A stretch of DNA of 64,000 bases, taken from Camelus ferus (taxonomy: Eukaryota). The notes under the pieces were generated by a model. It was not told the DNA's origin. It searched no databases and saw only the letters and a program-made list of their open reading frames with translations. Below are positions 38,990 to 51,477 of the stretch, in pieces; positions within the stretch are counted from its first letter, which is position 1; each line of letters starts with the position of its first letter. Location: NCBI RefSeq assembly GCF_009834535.1, contig NC_045707.1, forward strand, positions 52,702,001 through 52,766,000, read 5' to 3'. The translations under genes were made by a program, and so were the position numbers.

Positions 38990-39315
38990 TCTCACCTCAA
39001 ACACACATCCCTTTCTGTCTGCTGAGGGCATGTCCTTCTGCAATGTTGCTTGGCTGATTCCTGCTCACTCTTCAAGTAGTTGTCAGAGAGGCGTCTTCCC
39101 TAGCAAGCCTTCCTCGGCTCTCCTGAGACAGTGCTAAGTATCCTTTCAATGACTTCCTGCTGCCTCTTTTGTTCCCTCTCAGGTCCTTCTGTCCTATAAT
39201 TGCCTGCTGGCCTCACCGTCGTCTCCTATTGACTATAAGCTCCTTGAGGCCAAAACCACGCACGGTTTAATGCATGGCACGCGCTCCCCATCAATTCTAG
39301 TGCATAGAATGCTCT
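38990..39315 (+). mobile_element. L2 LINE 3' remnant
   Basis: ttggctgattcctgctcactcttcaag...aagccttcc...gtctcctattgactataagctccttgaggcca. Confidence 0.6.
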
Positions 39316-41029
39316 CAATTCGGGGTCAGCAGTTCTCAACACGAGGTCACTGTATGAACTTCCAGAGCTCAACCAAGTCCCCCATGAAGATTTTTGCCAA
39401 TGTTGTGAGCATATGGGTATGTACTTTTGGGAGAAGGGGCAGGTCCAGGAAATAACCGCATTCTATGGCTTGCCGCTGAGCTAGGGTGTGTCTGTAGGTG
39501 AACTAAACAGGAAGTCTCCAGTAGCAGCCTTATATATAGCACCTGTCTCCCAGAAGATGCCCGCAGCTCCCCGGTGGCTCCCAGGGTCTGCCCCTCCCAC
39601 AGCCTCTGCAGGTGGCACCTCTCCTCCCCTCGCCTGGAGAGCCGACATGCTTTCTAATTCCATGGCTCTATCCCCATTACAAAACTGAGGGAGTGCAACT
39701 AGGAAACACAGATCATAATCGTTCCTGTATAAATTAAATGTCATTATTGAGCCTGTCCACGGTATGGAATTATTTCAGCCAATCAAGTATTCTAATTCCT
39801 GGAGAGCAGTACCTGGTGAGATGTGACTCTCCGGTGCTGAAATGGACGTGGGTGAGCGGTTGCTGAAATTCGCCTTTTCACTTTATAATTGCAATTGGTT
39901 TTCAGGTTTCAAAGAAGCAGAATCAGATAAAAGACATGCGTCTGAGCGAAATTCAGTCTTTGATGATTCAGCAAGGCCTCACAGGCTTTAGGGTCAGAGC
40001 CAGAAGCATTCATCATCATGGCTGCCGCTGTGCAAGTAACAGAGATTTCTGGCTGAAGGTTCAGCCTTCGCTCTGCTCATTTAAGTCTGTATATGGTTGT
40101 CAGGAAGAGAAGAGCAAGGTGTTAAAAATTTTAGTGGATGGCTTCAAGGAGAACAAAGAGAATCTGTATTCACTGGCTGTGGCAGCTGGATTGTTTTCTG
40201 TTCTCTAACGTGTATTAACCTTCCACCCTCCTTCCGTGGCCTCGTAACGGATTCGTTATTACTTTTTTTTAATGATAAAAGCGTTTGGACCAAGTGTTTC
40301 ATTAAAAGGACAAGCCTGAGCAGGTCCAGAGCACAAAGCCTTCAGTTCTGTGAAGCAGAAAGTTAATGTTCACGGGAATTCTCGTGTCCTTTGTACCCAG
40401 CAGAAGGACAATAACACAGTAGACATTTTCCAGCCTCACGTGGGGTTGGGATGAACAGGAAATAGAAAGGAAACAGGAGAAGCGAAGACTGGCCTTTCGA
40501 GGCCACCCATGGGGCTCGTGGAGAATGCACGGTGCCCCGTCCAGCATTAATCAGTCGTCTCAGACACCTCGTGATTAATTCTGCATCATAAGACAAGTGT
40601 CAAAGGAATCCAAGACTGCAGACATCTTTGAGTCAGAAACCCAGGGCCGACAAAGAACTCAAGCTGGCTTTAATCACTTAAGACCTGCCTCCCTAACTGC
40701 CTGCCGGTCATCTCCAAAAGGCTATTAAATTTATCATGACAACAGAGGAAATTTATCATCTTCTTCCCAAATGCAGTCCCCCTCATTTCTACTTCATTTC
40801 ACCCCAAGTGGAGGAATTAACCAGCTTACCCTCTGAGCTACCTCTCTACCTAGTTCATCACACTGATGTCTCGATATCACCTGTTACCTCTAAGTCATGT
40901 ACACATGACGTGTGAGTCTCTATCTGCCAAGAAAGTGAGCAGACCGACCCCTCTGAGAGCAGGGACAGTCATTTATCTGCGCATTACAGCATTTTGCATA
41001 GTACGGACCTTAGAAAATAGTTTAATATA

Positions 41030-41270
41030 AGAATAGCTAAGACACTGTGAACAGTATGTGCCAGACACTACGTTCTAAGCAAGGTACACGCCCTTACTCA
41101 CCTATTCTGTGTAACAGCCCAACGAAACGGGCACAATTATTGTCCCAACTTCACAGGTGAAGAAACTGAAGCACAGAAAGTTTACGTGGCTTTGCTGGGA
41201 TCACATCCTGGTAGTGGAAGGAGCCGTGATTCAAATCTGGGCCACTTGCCTCTGGTCTGCATGAACTCAT
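41030..41270 (-). mobile_element. Near full-length MIR
   Basis: tatgtgccagacact...attattgtcccaacttcacaggtgaagaaactgaagcacagaaag...gatcacatcctggtagtgg...gattcaaatctgggc. Confidence 0.85.
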
Positions 41271-43266
41271 GGTGTTGCATTGGTGTGTCTTCTAATGTAA
41301 TGGTTTCCCTGTGATTAAATACTTTGGCGCGCTCTCTCTCTCTCTCTCCCCTCCCCCCACCACACACAAGAGAATGTATATTCGATACCTTGAGGAATTG
41401 CATCTTGGCTCCCACCAGTCGGTCCTGGAAGCTGAAACTCTCAGGTCTGCTTCCAGCTGAGTGCTGGCCCAACAGCAGGGTGAGCTTACTTTGCCTGAAT
41501 TCCGACAGATGATCCTGTCTAACAATCTAACAACACCTTATTTCACTTCCAGTACTGGACTCTTTCCCTGCATCCTGCCTCAGTGTAGACTCTACAACAT
41601 GATCCTATGTATCATAGGTGTTGAACAAACATACATTGAATTAAATGTCACTTTTGGCAACATGGAAAACATGATCTTTCGAAAATTATCTCTCTATAAA
41701 GAGCATAAAAATGCTGGAAAATGTACAAATAAACCCAAAGCAAAAGTAAAAATTTTAAATCCTGAACTGAACCAACAAAGAATTAAGGTAAGTTTCCAGG
41801 TGCCCAAAACGAAAAAAGGGCAGAAAACAGAACTTTTAAAGAATATGCTAAAACTCAAAGTGCCTCCCTTTTGGCCAGTTTCAGTATATTCAAGTATTGA
41901 ATGTTACCAACCACAAGAAGAACAGACATGTGCTTAGGACCAAGAAAGAGGGATTGAGAAAGGAGATGCCCACATGTAACTGGGACCCTCAAAGTGAGAG
42001 CCTCAGTGATGAGACAACATGAAACAGAAGTTCAACCAACTGTACAAGAAGTGGCTTGTCTACCTTGGTCTGGGATTCATGAGCCCAGCTCTGCCTTCAT
42101 GGGCATTGGAGGTTTGAATTTATGTTTTCTACTCAGTCCAGAAAACACACATCTGCAAAATTACAATCAGTGCCTAAAAGAAATATGGTGACTAGCAGCT
42201 GCAAAAGCAAAGTGGCTGTGATGGTCAAGGCAGAAGAGACTCCAATCTGAAGTTAAGAAGACACATGAGCAATAAATGACATAAAAATAAGGAGCAAAGA
42301 GGGCCCTGAAGACATTACATGTTGGGATCCTTGCATTCAGAATAAATACAAATATGAATAAGCCTTTTTTTAAGGAACAAACCAGACAGAGAACTGATAA
42401 CCAGACCAACAAGTCAGATATTGTCCAAGAAGAGCAGTTTGGAATCTACCTACATATAACTTCTAGAGATGAAAAACATTTATACATTTAAAAACATAAA
42501 TACATTTAAAATTCTGTGGATAGATTAAGAAGGCAGACTAGACACTGCTGAAGAGATAAATAGCATCTCGAAAGGTATAAAAATATATTTGAGAGAGAAA
42601 TGAGAGCATATGGAGAGGCTGAGACACAAGGGATAGAATGAGAAGATAGAGAGTAAGTTTCAAAGGACAAGAAATTAAATGTTGAAGAGAAACTATCGAA
42701 GGAGGCTTTGGTGAGGCACATCCATATTTGAAGCAAGTTGTGCGATCTTAGATGTATGAGAACTATGGTCTTAGAAGAATAAATTAAAGGAAAAATATTT
42801 AAAATATGACATAAAACTGCAGAGAAACAAAGAAAAAGAGAGCACAAGCTGCCCATGAGTGAAGACGTATACTTACAAACAGCGAGATGGACAGCTGACT
42901 TCCCAGTAGGTTAGTGGGAGCCGGTGGATGGTGGAATAACACTTTCCATTTGTGGAAGGAAAACAGTTCTCAACCCAGAGTGTGAAACACAGGATGGTCA
43001 TTCGGGAATGACAGTGCATTTTATTTTCAGGCAAAAATTAAACTTTACTAAGAACTGTCTCACAAAAGAAAGTCAAAAGGAAGGTTGGAAGAAAGAAAGT
43101 AGAAAGCCTGGAAGAGATACCTTATGTGCACAAAGGAACAGTGAGTGAGAAATTATTCAGCACACGGATAGATCTTAATGAATGCTGATTGCGTGAAAAA
43201 TGGTGTTACCAAATTTCAGGACAAACAAAAAAGTATTCAAAATACTGGTTAATAATAACATGCCAG

Positions 43267-43451
43267 GTAAACAAGATTATACTGTATAGCACAGGGAAAT
43301 ACATACAAGATCTTGTGGTAGCTCACAGAGAAAAAAAATGTGACAATGAATATATATATATGCTCATGTATAACTGAAGAATTGTGTTCTACACTGGAAT
43401 TTGACACAACATTGTAAAATGATTAAAAATAAATTAAAAAATGTTTAAAAA
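43267..43451 (+). mobile_element. Young 5'-truncated camelid-type L1 with perfect 17-bp TSD
   Basis: L1 3' UTR (tactgtatagcacagggaaatac...tacactggaatttgacacaacattgtaaaatgatt) flanked by taataataacatgccag at 43250-43266 and 43452-43468. Confidence 0.93.
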
Positions 43452-43591
43452 TAATAATAACATGCCAGTCGAAAAGGCACTGACTGGTCAGAAAACCTGA
43501 ATATATTTGCACATTTCAAGATGATGACAGAGCCCTTAGTTAACTTTATACTCAACTAGTTATACAACTTACAATTAAACAGTAACCACTG

Positions 43592-43790
43592 TGTTGTGAA
43601 TTTTTTCAGGATCTGCAGACATAGCTACTACATAAACAACAAGGACCTACTATATAGAACCGGGAACTATATTCAATACCATGTAATAACCTGTAATGAA
43701 AAAGAATGTATGTATATGTACAACTGAATCACTACGCTGTACACCAGAAACTAACACAATGCTGCAGATCAACTCTACTTCAATAAAAAA
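43592..43790 (+). mobile_element. L1 3' end (L1_Art-like, older artiodactyl subfamily)
   Basis: ataaacaacaaggacctactatatag...gggaactatattcaatac...aactgaatcact...tgtacaccagaaactaacacaa. Diverged TSD aaacagtaaccactg/aaaaagtgaccactg. Confidence 0.85.
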
Positions 43791-44145
43791 GTGACCACTG
43801 AAATGACAGGAATAGCCTATATAAATGTAAAGCCAGGAGTGGAAAATGCTTTCACGGTAATAAAACCTCAGTGAAGCACTCCTCCCAACAAAGATCAAGG
43901 GCATAATAGTCAGAAACCTAATTCCAGATACGTGAGTAACTGTCATAAACGAAAATGGATAAACTCTCATTAAAAGTCATTGTCGTGTTTCTCAGCCTCT
44001 AGCCGTGTACTGCATTGTTTTTACACTATACTACTTCCAAGGGGCAGTTTGTCACCTCCACAAGGACCTTCCGATGAAACACACATTTTAGCAAAAACAA
44101 ACAAAGGCAGAGTGGGGAAAGAAAGGGTAATTACAAGTAAGAGGT

Positions 44146-44445
44146 TGCCACGGCCTGAACTGCGTCCTCCCACAATTCCTGTGCCGAAGCCCTGACTCCC
44201 AAGGCCCATTTGGAGGTGGGCCCTTTGGGAGGTGATTAGGCTTAACGAGGTCATGAGGGTGGGGTCTTCACGATGGAATTAGTGTCTTTATAACACTGAT
44301 GTAGGTCAGGAGAAAGCCCACAGGGAGAAGGTGGCTCATCTACAGGGCAGAAAGAGGGTCCTCACCAGAACCTGACCACACGGCACCCCAATATCAGCCG
44401 CCACCCTTCAGAGCCATGAGAACTAAATTAATGCAGTCTAAACCC
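44146..44445 (+). mobile_element. MLT1A/B-like MaLR LTR
   Basis: gaagccctgactccca...atttggaggtgggccctttgggaggtgattagg...gaggtcatgagggtgggg...ctcaccagaacctgacca. Confidence 0.85.
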
Positions 44446-44459
44446 CTAGCTTGTAGCAG

Positions 44460-44620
44460 GAGGGAGAGGAGAAAGGGGGGTGGAGACAGAGACAGAGACA
44501 GAGAGAAAGAAAGGAAGGAAGGAAGGGAGGAAGGAAGGAAGTGAGGAAGAAAGAAAGAAAGAAAAGAAAAGAGAGAGAGGGAGGGAGGAAGGAAGGAAGG
44601 AAGGAAGATGGGAAGATTGG
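44460..44620. repeat. Polypurine (GGAA/GAGA) low-complexity tract
   Basis: About 150 bp, nearly all A/G on the + strand. Confidence 0.9.
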
Positions 44621-46349
44621 AAAGTAAGCAGCAGAGCTATTTTATGTGCAGTTTCCATGACTGTACATAGAAAATCTGCGGGAATATAGAAACCCCAGAA
44701 CTAATAGATGAATTAGCAAATTCTGAGATTAAAAGATTAACATATCTCAGAGGAGCTCCCCTCAGCCCCAGCCCCCAAGTCTGTCTTCACCAACATTCCA
44801 GGTCTCTAGTTCACGTCTCATTTGCAAGTTGACCTTGTAGCTCTTGCTTGACCTTCAGAGGCAGCCAGGTCTTTAAATCCTGTGCAAAGAAACAAGCTTC
44901 CAGGAGACATTTCCTAGCCCCTAATGTTCGATTTTTGATGCACACAGCTGGAACGCACGAATCGAAATGTGCCAGGATTCGGTGAACTGGGGGCACAACA
45001 GGTGTAATTTAATTGTGTGCTCCATTTTACAGCCTTTATTTTTGGAAGGCAAAAAAAAAAAAATCACTAAATGAATTTGAGCCTCGCTGCAGAGTAAACA
45101 GCCTGTGATAATTTTACCCCCATCATTTAATTATGAGCCTTTCCGCACTGCTTCCTCTTTGTCAGGCTCCAAACCCTGAATTTCATTATAGCAGCAACAA
45201 GAGTTTTCTTTTCTTTTTAATTAAGTTTACTTTTCGATTTAGAACTGATCATGCTGACAGATGCTCTAATTCACTCGGAGTTCCACGTTTCCCTTTGCGT
45301 TTATCTCCTGCTTGCTTCTGGGAGCTTGTACGTAAGAAAATTATCCAGGGGTGGACGGGCCACACAAAGGTGCTTCAGGGAATGTTAGTGAATGAGGCTT
45401 GATTGGGAGATATTCTCCTGCGGCACCAGCCTTCCGTGCCCCAAAGGGTGATGGCAGGTTGTCCTCAGGGGCTGACTCACCACAATCCCGTGTTTTCTCC
45501 TGGTGCTGTCTACTGTGTTAGAATCTCCACATATTCTACCAGAAATCCACATACCAACCCTGCCTGGTGGATGTTGGTGTCCCATTTGACAGACAGGGAC
45601 ACAGAGGCTAACGGAAGCTCAAGCACCCATCCTAGTGCACACGGAGGCAGATGGAAACCCAGATCCGTCCAGCTCCACGCTCGCCGCCCACTTCACACAC
45701 CTTCTTGTCTGCAGCAGGGGAAGCAGAAATGAGTCTCTTGTGCAAATAGGACAAGATACCCAATGAACACAGCTCCAAATCTGTCTTAACCTATGTCAAT
45801 CTCCCTGCAATTAACATGGAGTCACCTGGCACACCAGCTTAACAGGTGACTTTTTCACATGTCCTTTGGCCACACAGGGGACATTGACCAGTTCAGCCAT
45901 CTCACACGGCGCCCATGCCCCGCACATCACCATTGGTCACTTCCTATACAGTAGGATTCCAGGGGCACAGACCAAGTCCTGCCATCTTCGCAGCCCTGAT
46001 TCATCATGACAAGAAGCAAAGCCCTTGGTTGGACAATGACAGACAGGTCCATGTGCAGACAACCTGGGGAGAAGTAATGCCAACTGTTTGAGAGTTGATC
46101 TCAACCAGGCATTTATGCAAGAGGTTGAGAAAGCAAACAAGCGCCCTCTCTTCTGGGGAGAAGAAAGACAACGTAGCATCCTGGTGGTTTCGCCCTGCAA
46201 GTGCCCAGGGAGACTTTCAGACTCTTCTTTGCCCTGAGCTAGCCACCTCTCAGATCGGCACAAACGTGTCCTTCACTGTCTCCACGTTCCACAGCAGAAG
46301 TCCGTGCAAAGGGTTAAGAGGAGCTTTGTGTCTGAGATGGACCAAGAAC

Positions 46350-46491
46350 GTGAGTGTGAGTGTGAGTGTGAGTGTGAGTGTGAGGAGTGAGTGTGAGTGT
46401 GAGTGTGAGTGTGAGGAGTGTGAGTGTGAGTGTGAGGAGTGTGAGTGTGAGTGTGAGTGTGAGTGTGAGGAGTGTGAGTGTGAGTGTGAGT
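46350..46491. repeat. (GTGAGT)n hexanucleotide microsatellite with GTGAGGA interruptions
   Basis: 18 GTGAGT units in blocks of 5, 4, 2, 4 and 3, separated by 4 variant units. Confidence 0.97.
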
Positions 46492-46999
46492 GTCTGCGTC
46501 TGTGTGTGCAGATGGGTCGTGGAATCTTTGATGTCAGGAGCGACCGACAGTGTCAGCTCTGCCCGTGAGTGGGGACAAGGCTGCAGCCCCAGGTGTCCTC
46601 TCCGCCGGCGGATGGAGACAGCTGAAGGCTCTGGGTGTCTGCTCAACACCCAGCTCCACTTTTTCTGCCTGCATCCTGTGCTAGAGGCCAGATGCCAGCT
46701 GGCACGGTGATGCTGCGCAGGTCACCACAGGGACAAAACCCGAAGTCCCTGCATATGCGTCGGTGGAGGAGTGTAAGAACATTCCGGGGTGGCTCTTCCT
46801 TACAGAGGAGACGTGCATAGATGATGAGGTGCTTCCATCTGGTGCAGTCCAGGTAGATAGGAAGGGAAACATCCTGCCCTCCACCCACCACTCAGACCTT
46901 TTAAAAATAGCAAAATGTATGAGAAAGCAAGTCTTCGGGACCCTCTCCCTTATGCCTCCTCGTGCATGCTGACCTCCCTCCTGTCCCAGCCATCGCCCT

Positions 47000-47450
47000 G
47001 TCACCGACATACCCAGGTGCAGCCTGACAGCACCTCCCCTGGAGGCACAGAATCTCCCCCACTTCTGCCCAGGGGTCCTTCTGTCTCTGTGCGTGTTTCC
47101 TTCAAGAACCCACCGGCCACTGTGACACGGCTCAAAGCGGGAGGATGAGGACCTTAACAACCTGGGGCTGTCCCTTTGACAAAGGAGATGGACTCTTTAT
47201 GCAGTCCCCCTCTCCTGCCCCTCCTTGTCCTGTGACAGAGGCCTTATCACAGCGCTCCAGAGCGACCCCAGAGGAATCCAGGCCCGTTACTGAGACAGCT
47301 CCGCAACGCACCCTGGGACCAGGCTTCCCTCTTCTCCTGTCCCCTCATCCCAGCCCCCATTCTCGTGCTGTGAGCTCGATCCCCAATAAACCACCAACAT
47401 GGAGCACTTCATGTCAGATTCTGCTCTTCGCAGGAAGCTACGCCAGGACG
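47000..47450 (+). mobile_element. Possible ancient ERVL LTR (LTR33/LTR16-like)
   Basis: cccaataaaccacc...tgtcagattctgctctt...ccaggac has an LTR-like 3' layout. Confidence 0.35.
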
Positions 47451-50400
47451 CCTGTGATGTCAGACCCCTCATGGGTTCTCATCGTCAGGGTGTTTAGTTT
47501 AGAAGCCGACATCGCTTCTTCGGTGAGAACCAGTGGTCACCACTGGCCGGCTCCTCCCCACTGAGAAGGTGGTGGTGGCCATTGTTTGAAACTTCTTGCC
47601 TCCCCCCCGAAGGTGGAAACGTGGGACAGCACCCGGTTGAGCTCTGCTGTCCATTGAATGCCTCTGTGCTGAGCCCGGGAGAAAGCTTTCCAACTGAACG
47701 TCCTTCTTTACGGGGGCTGCGTCTGCAACCCTCACATTGTGTTGCCTGGAGCTCTCTCTCCGTTATAAATCCTCAAAGGATGGAACCACACGCCCGCACA
47801 GGTGCCTGAACGCACAGCTTCACGAAGGAAGTACAGACCCTTGTGCCAGGCTGTGGGATGCCCACCCGCAAACCCACCCCCTGCTGGCACGACAGGGGAG
47901 GTTAATGCGTGTTATTTCTACAATCAGGGTTTAATGTTCCCGTCACTGACTTGCCCTGTTAGTTCTGGCTGAGTTGCTTTTGTTTTGACACTTTCTCATT
48001 ACTGGTTTGCACTTCCGCCAGCCCCCTCTAAAGGAGCGTGAAACGGAGCTGGCACAAAGCAAGTTATTGGTCAACATTATTCAGATTGTATCCAGGTTTG
48101 TCTATTTTAATTTACAAAGGGAAGGACATAGAGTCATGATGCAGTCTGTATTGTGTGGCCAAAATGTCCCTGAATATTTAGAAAGCCAAATTCCTTTTCT
48201 TGGATGAAGAGCCGTCTGGAGGAAGGGGCTGCTACCTCCCAGCTGAGCATCCAGTCTGAGTTGTGTTGGGCACTTCCAGACCTTTCAAATGGCCCGATGC
48301 AGTTAACCCATGGGTGCACAGCTCCTGACAGCAAGCTGCACACACTCTCAGCTGGTTCTCCGCTGTCCCACACTGAGTTGAAAAATGTGACCGATGAGAG
48401 GCTCCACGTGTCTCCTCTGCCCCTGGAACCATCGGTTCTACAGCAAAACTTCACACTTGCATCCCTGCACTTCGTAGACATGGAACAAATGGGTTTTACT
48501 ATAACCACCTCCACCACAGGTAGTGGAGAGCTTTCGCCAGCCTGGAACCGCGCCCTCTCCGTGGTCCCAGATCGATTTAAACGGGCCACCTCCTGCTCTG
48601 TTTTGGAGGGTCACACCGGCTGTCTGCTCTACAAATTCCATACGATGCAGAACGACTTGAGAAAAATGTGTCAATGTCAAGTTCATCACAGTAAGACTCA
48701 GAAACGTCACAGCCTTTCTCATCACCCAGCATTAGGTATTCCTGGTTATACTTGGCAGGAAACCCCAGAGTTGTCGTCATGTTCAAATGGCCCAGATATG
48801 TCACAACACTGCACTATTTACATAAAAACTCACCGACGGCTGTGCTGTGAAGGGGCACCTTCTGGTCGTAAATCCATGGGCTTTGTCTCAAGGCAAGCGC
48901 AACCATGCTGAGCTTGCAAAGAGGGGTAAGAAGTGTGAATTCAGTAGAATTCTACCTAGAAGTGCAATTTCAACAATAGAGCTTGACTTCAAGCCAACAG
49001 CCCACGTCACTCTGCGCAAAGAAGGAAAGGCAAACCAAGGCTCTGAGTCTGAGCCAGTGTCCGGGTCCAGAGGACTGAGGTCTGGTGCGTCCGTAGGAAG
49101 AGCTTCTCCAGCATGATCAGGCTCGGGGTCCGTGTCCCCGTCCAGGCTGGTGTTTCCCACTTAAAGTGAGAGGAAAAGAGCTCAGCTCATAGGAGAACTG
49201 GAGACACAAAAGCCAAGAACAAGCGAAATCAAAGCTTCCCCGTGGGTCAAGAGGAGTGAGACAGAGTACTGGCGCACGGTGCCTATTTGCCTCTGCAAAC
49301 CCCACGCTGGAAATCTGGGTTTAGCGGAACTCCTTGTTCTGCTTGTTTCCCTTATATAATCAAATTAAATGGTGTGGACTTTCATATGCACTTCATACAC
49401 ATGGATTTTCCCACTTGCCTATTTTATATTGCTTTGGGAAGGATACCTGACATTCAAGCCACACAAAGTTCACCAGTATCTACCCACAAACAAGGCCTTA
49501 TTTTATTTTTAAAATGTTATTACTTCAGAAAGTAGCTGTTACACCATTCTGCCCACGCTGATCCATCACAGAATGCATTCCATGAATTCTATAAATAATA
49601 AGCATTTTTCGTGTCCTAAATTTAATTCTAGATTTGAAAACCTATCAGTCATTGTACTAAATATCCAGCTAGCTGACATAATCTGTCATTGTTTCTTTCA
49701 AGACAAATAATCGGGGAAATTTAACCAAGACTCCACATTGATTTTTTTTTTCACAATTCGTTCAGGGGATAAACATCTCCAGCATCTCCTCTTCGAGGCG
49801 TTGCCAAGTCCATCTCAAAGCTCAGTGACGACAATCATGGTTTTGTACCAGTTAATTGAAATAAGACTCACCAGACCTCATCCTTTCCAACAGTGGATCT
49901 TCATCTACTGGGGCTCATTTTAGGGAAGTTCTGCTGCCGACAGCCTTCTTGCCCACGGACGCCACTGCTAGATAAGACGTTCCTCCACCACCTGCAATCA
50001 CAGGACAGAACAACCCAGCTGCCTCGAGCCTCGGTTTCCCTCACCTCCAGTGAGGCTCAGCTCTCCTGGTCTGGTACCAGCAGCCCCTCCTGTCCTTTAA
50101 CCTTTTACAAACCTACTCTTCTAGTGAAACCCTGCGTTAAACCAAAGTGTAGTTGCCATTTCCAAACTTTTGTCCATCTTAAATCACCCAGTGCTCACGC
50201 CTCCTCCATGACGCCTCCCCTGATTACTTAAGTAAGCAGTGTTTCCTCCTTCCTCTGAGCAACCTAGCTCTTAACCACACGTTTCTCACATTGCTCTGCA
50301 CCACAGTCATTGTGTCACTTTCTTTTCTCTCTTCGGCGATTTCAAGTCCTGTGGACAATGATGTGACAGCACATTCTGCTGACTGCCACTGTCACTTTGC

Positions 50401-51477
50401 AGGATGCTGGCTTGCACATAGTAAGTGTTCATTAAAACACTTGTTAAGTAAACCAGCGAAATAAAAAATGATTGACTCCCCACTTTCTGGCTGAGTCTTG
50501 GCATTGTGGTCACTGCTCTGGACACCTTGGTGCCAGACCACTTATATCCATAAATTCAAGAGATGCTGTGCTTAGAACGTCTTTGAATATGGCCTTGAGC
50601 TTAGCAGGGAAAAGAGTGGGACACGTCCCGCTGCCTGGCTTCAGCTAGCAAGGCCTGGGGAGAGCCTCCCGTTGTCCACAGTCCCTGCACTGTCCGAATA
50701 TCGCGTCACTCCCCAGAAACAGTCTTTGCTAAAATGCCACATGCAGAAATCACTTTTCCATTTGATGAACTTCAGCACGCCTGTCAACAGAGATTGCAGT
50801 CACTTGTGTGTGACGACACAGAGACTTCACGGCTGTTCTTTGTAAATGAGAGCATATGACCAGAAAAGGGGGCCATTACACAAGAATTATACTCCAGGCT
50901 GCATGTTAAATCCAAAATCAAATTACAGTTTAATCGGCTATTTCATAGTAATTGCAGCATTTTTAAAAAGGAGTGGCACAATTATTTAGCAGAGCGATAC
51001 AGAGCATCGATAAATCTAATATGTAATTTAGGGGAAGAAAGAAAGGGAGGAAAACATGCCTCTCTTTCCTTCTAACTCAGACTTGATCAAAGCAGTAGTG
51101 ATATTTGAGTGTGGCTCCCTGACCCCCTGGCTGGCTCTCACTGGTCGGACAAACAGTTAGTCATTTTACAGGGAACTGTGAGACAAGGTCATGCCTCAGG
51201 AGACCTGAAAGAACCTGCTGTGGTGCTTAGTGCAAAGTGAAGGGCGATGGGCTTTGCTTGTGGGGAAACCCAGACCCCTCTCCAAGGTGACTCTGAACAT
51301 CTCAACCACCGTGCCACGGACTGCCAGTGCTCGCTTCACTCTCAGAGGATAAAGTCAATGGTGTCTTTAAATATAACTGGATTAAACAACCAACTCCAGA
51401 AGCACCAGAACCAGCTCCGAGAACACATCTTTTAGCTTCTGTCCCTCTAGAGCGACCTTCATCAGCACCCCCCCCTC

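Larger units (their letters stand above)
41690..44140 (+). mobile_element. Ancient L1M/HAL1-like 5'/ORF1 remnant, interrupted by younger L1s
   Basis: A-rich sense strand. aacttctagagatgaaaaac...gtggatagattaagaaggcagactagacactgctgaagaga is typical of the L1 ORF1 coiled-coil region. No intact frame. Confidence 0.55.

Noticed and set aside
41461..41937. 158-aa Lys-rich ORF
   Set aside because: Non-ATG start, overlaps an A-rich decayed LINE sequence, and shows no recognisable domain.
46095..46710. ORFs with CECECE / SVSVSV / LTLTLT tracts
   Set aside because: Translations of the (GTGAGT)n microsatellite.
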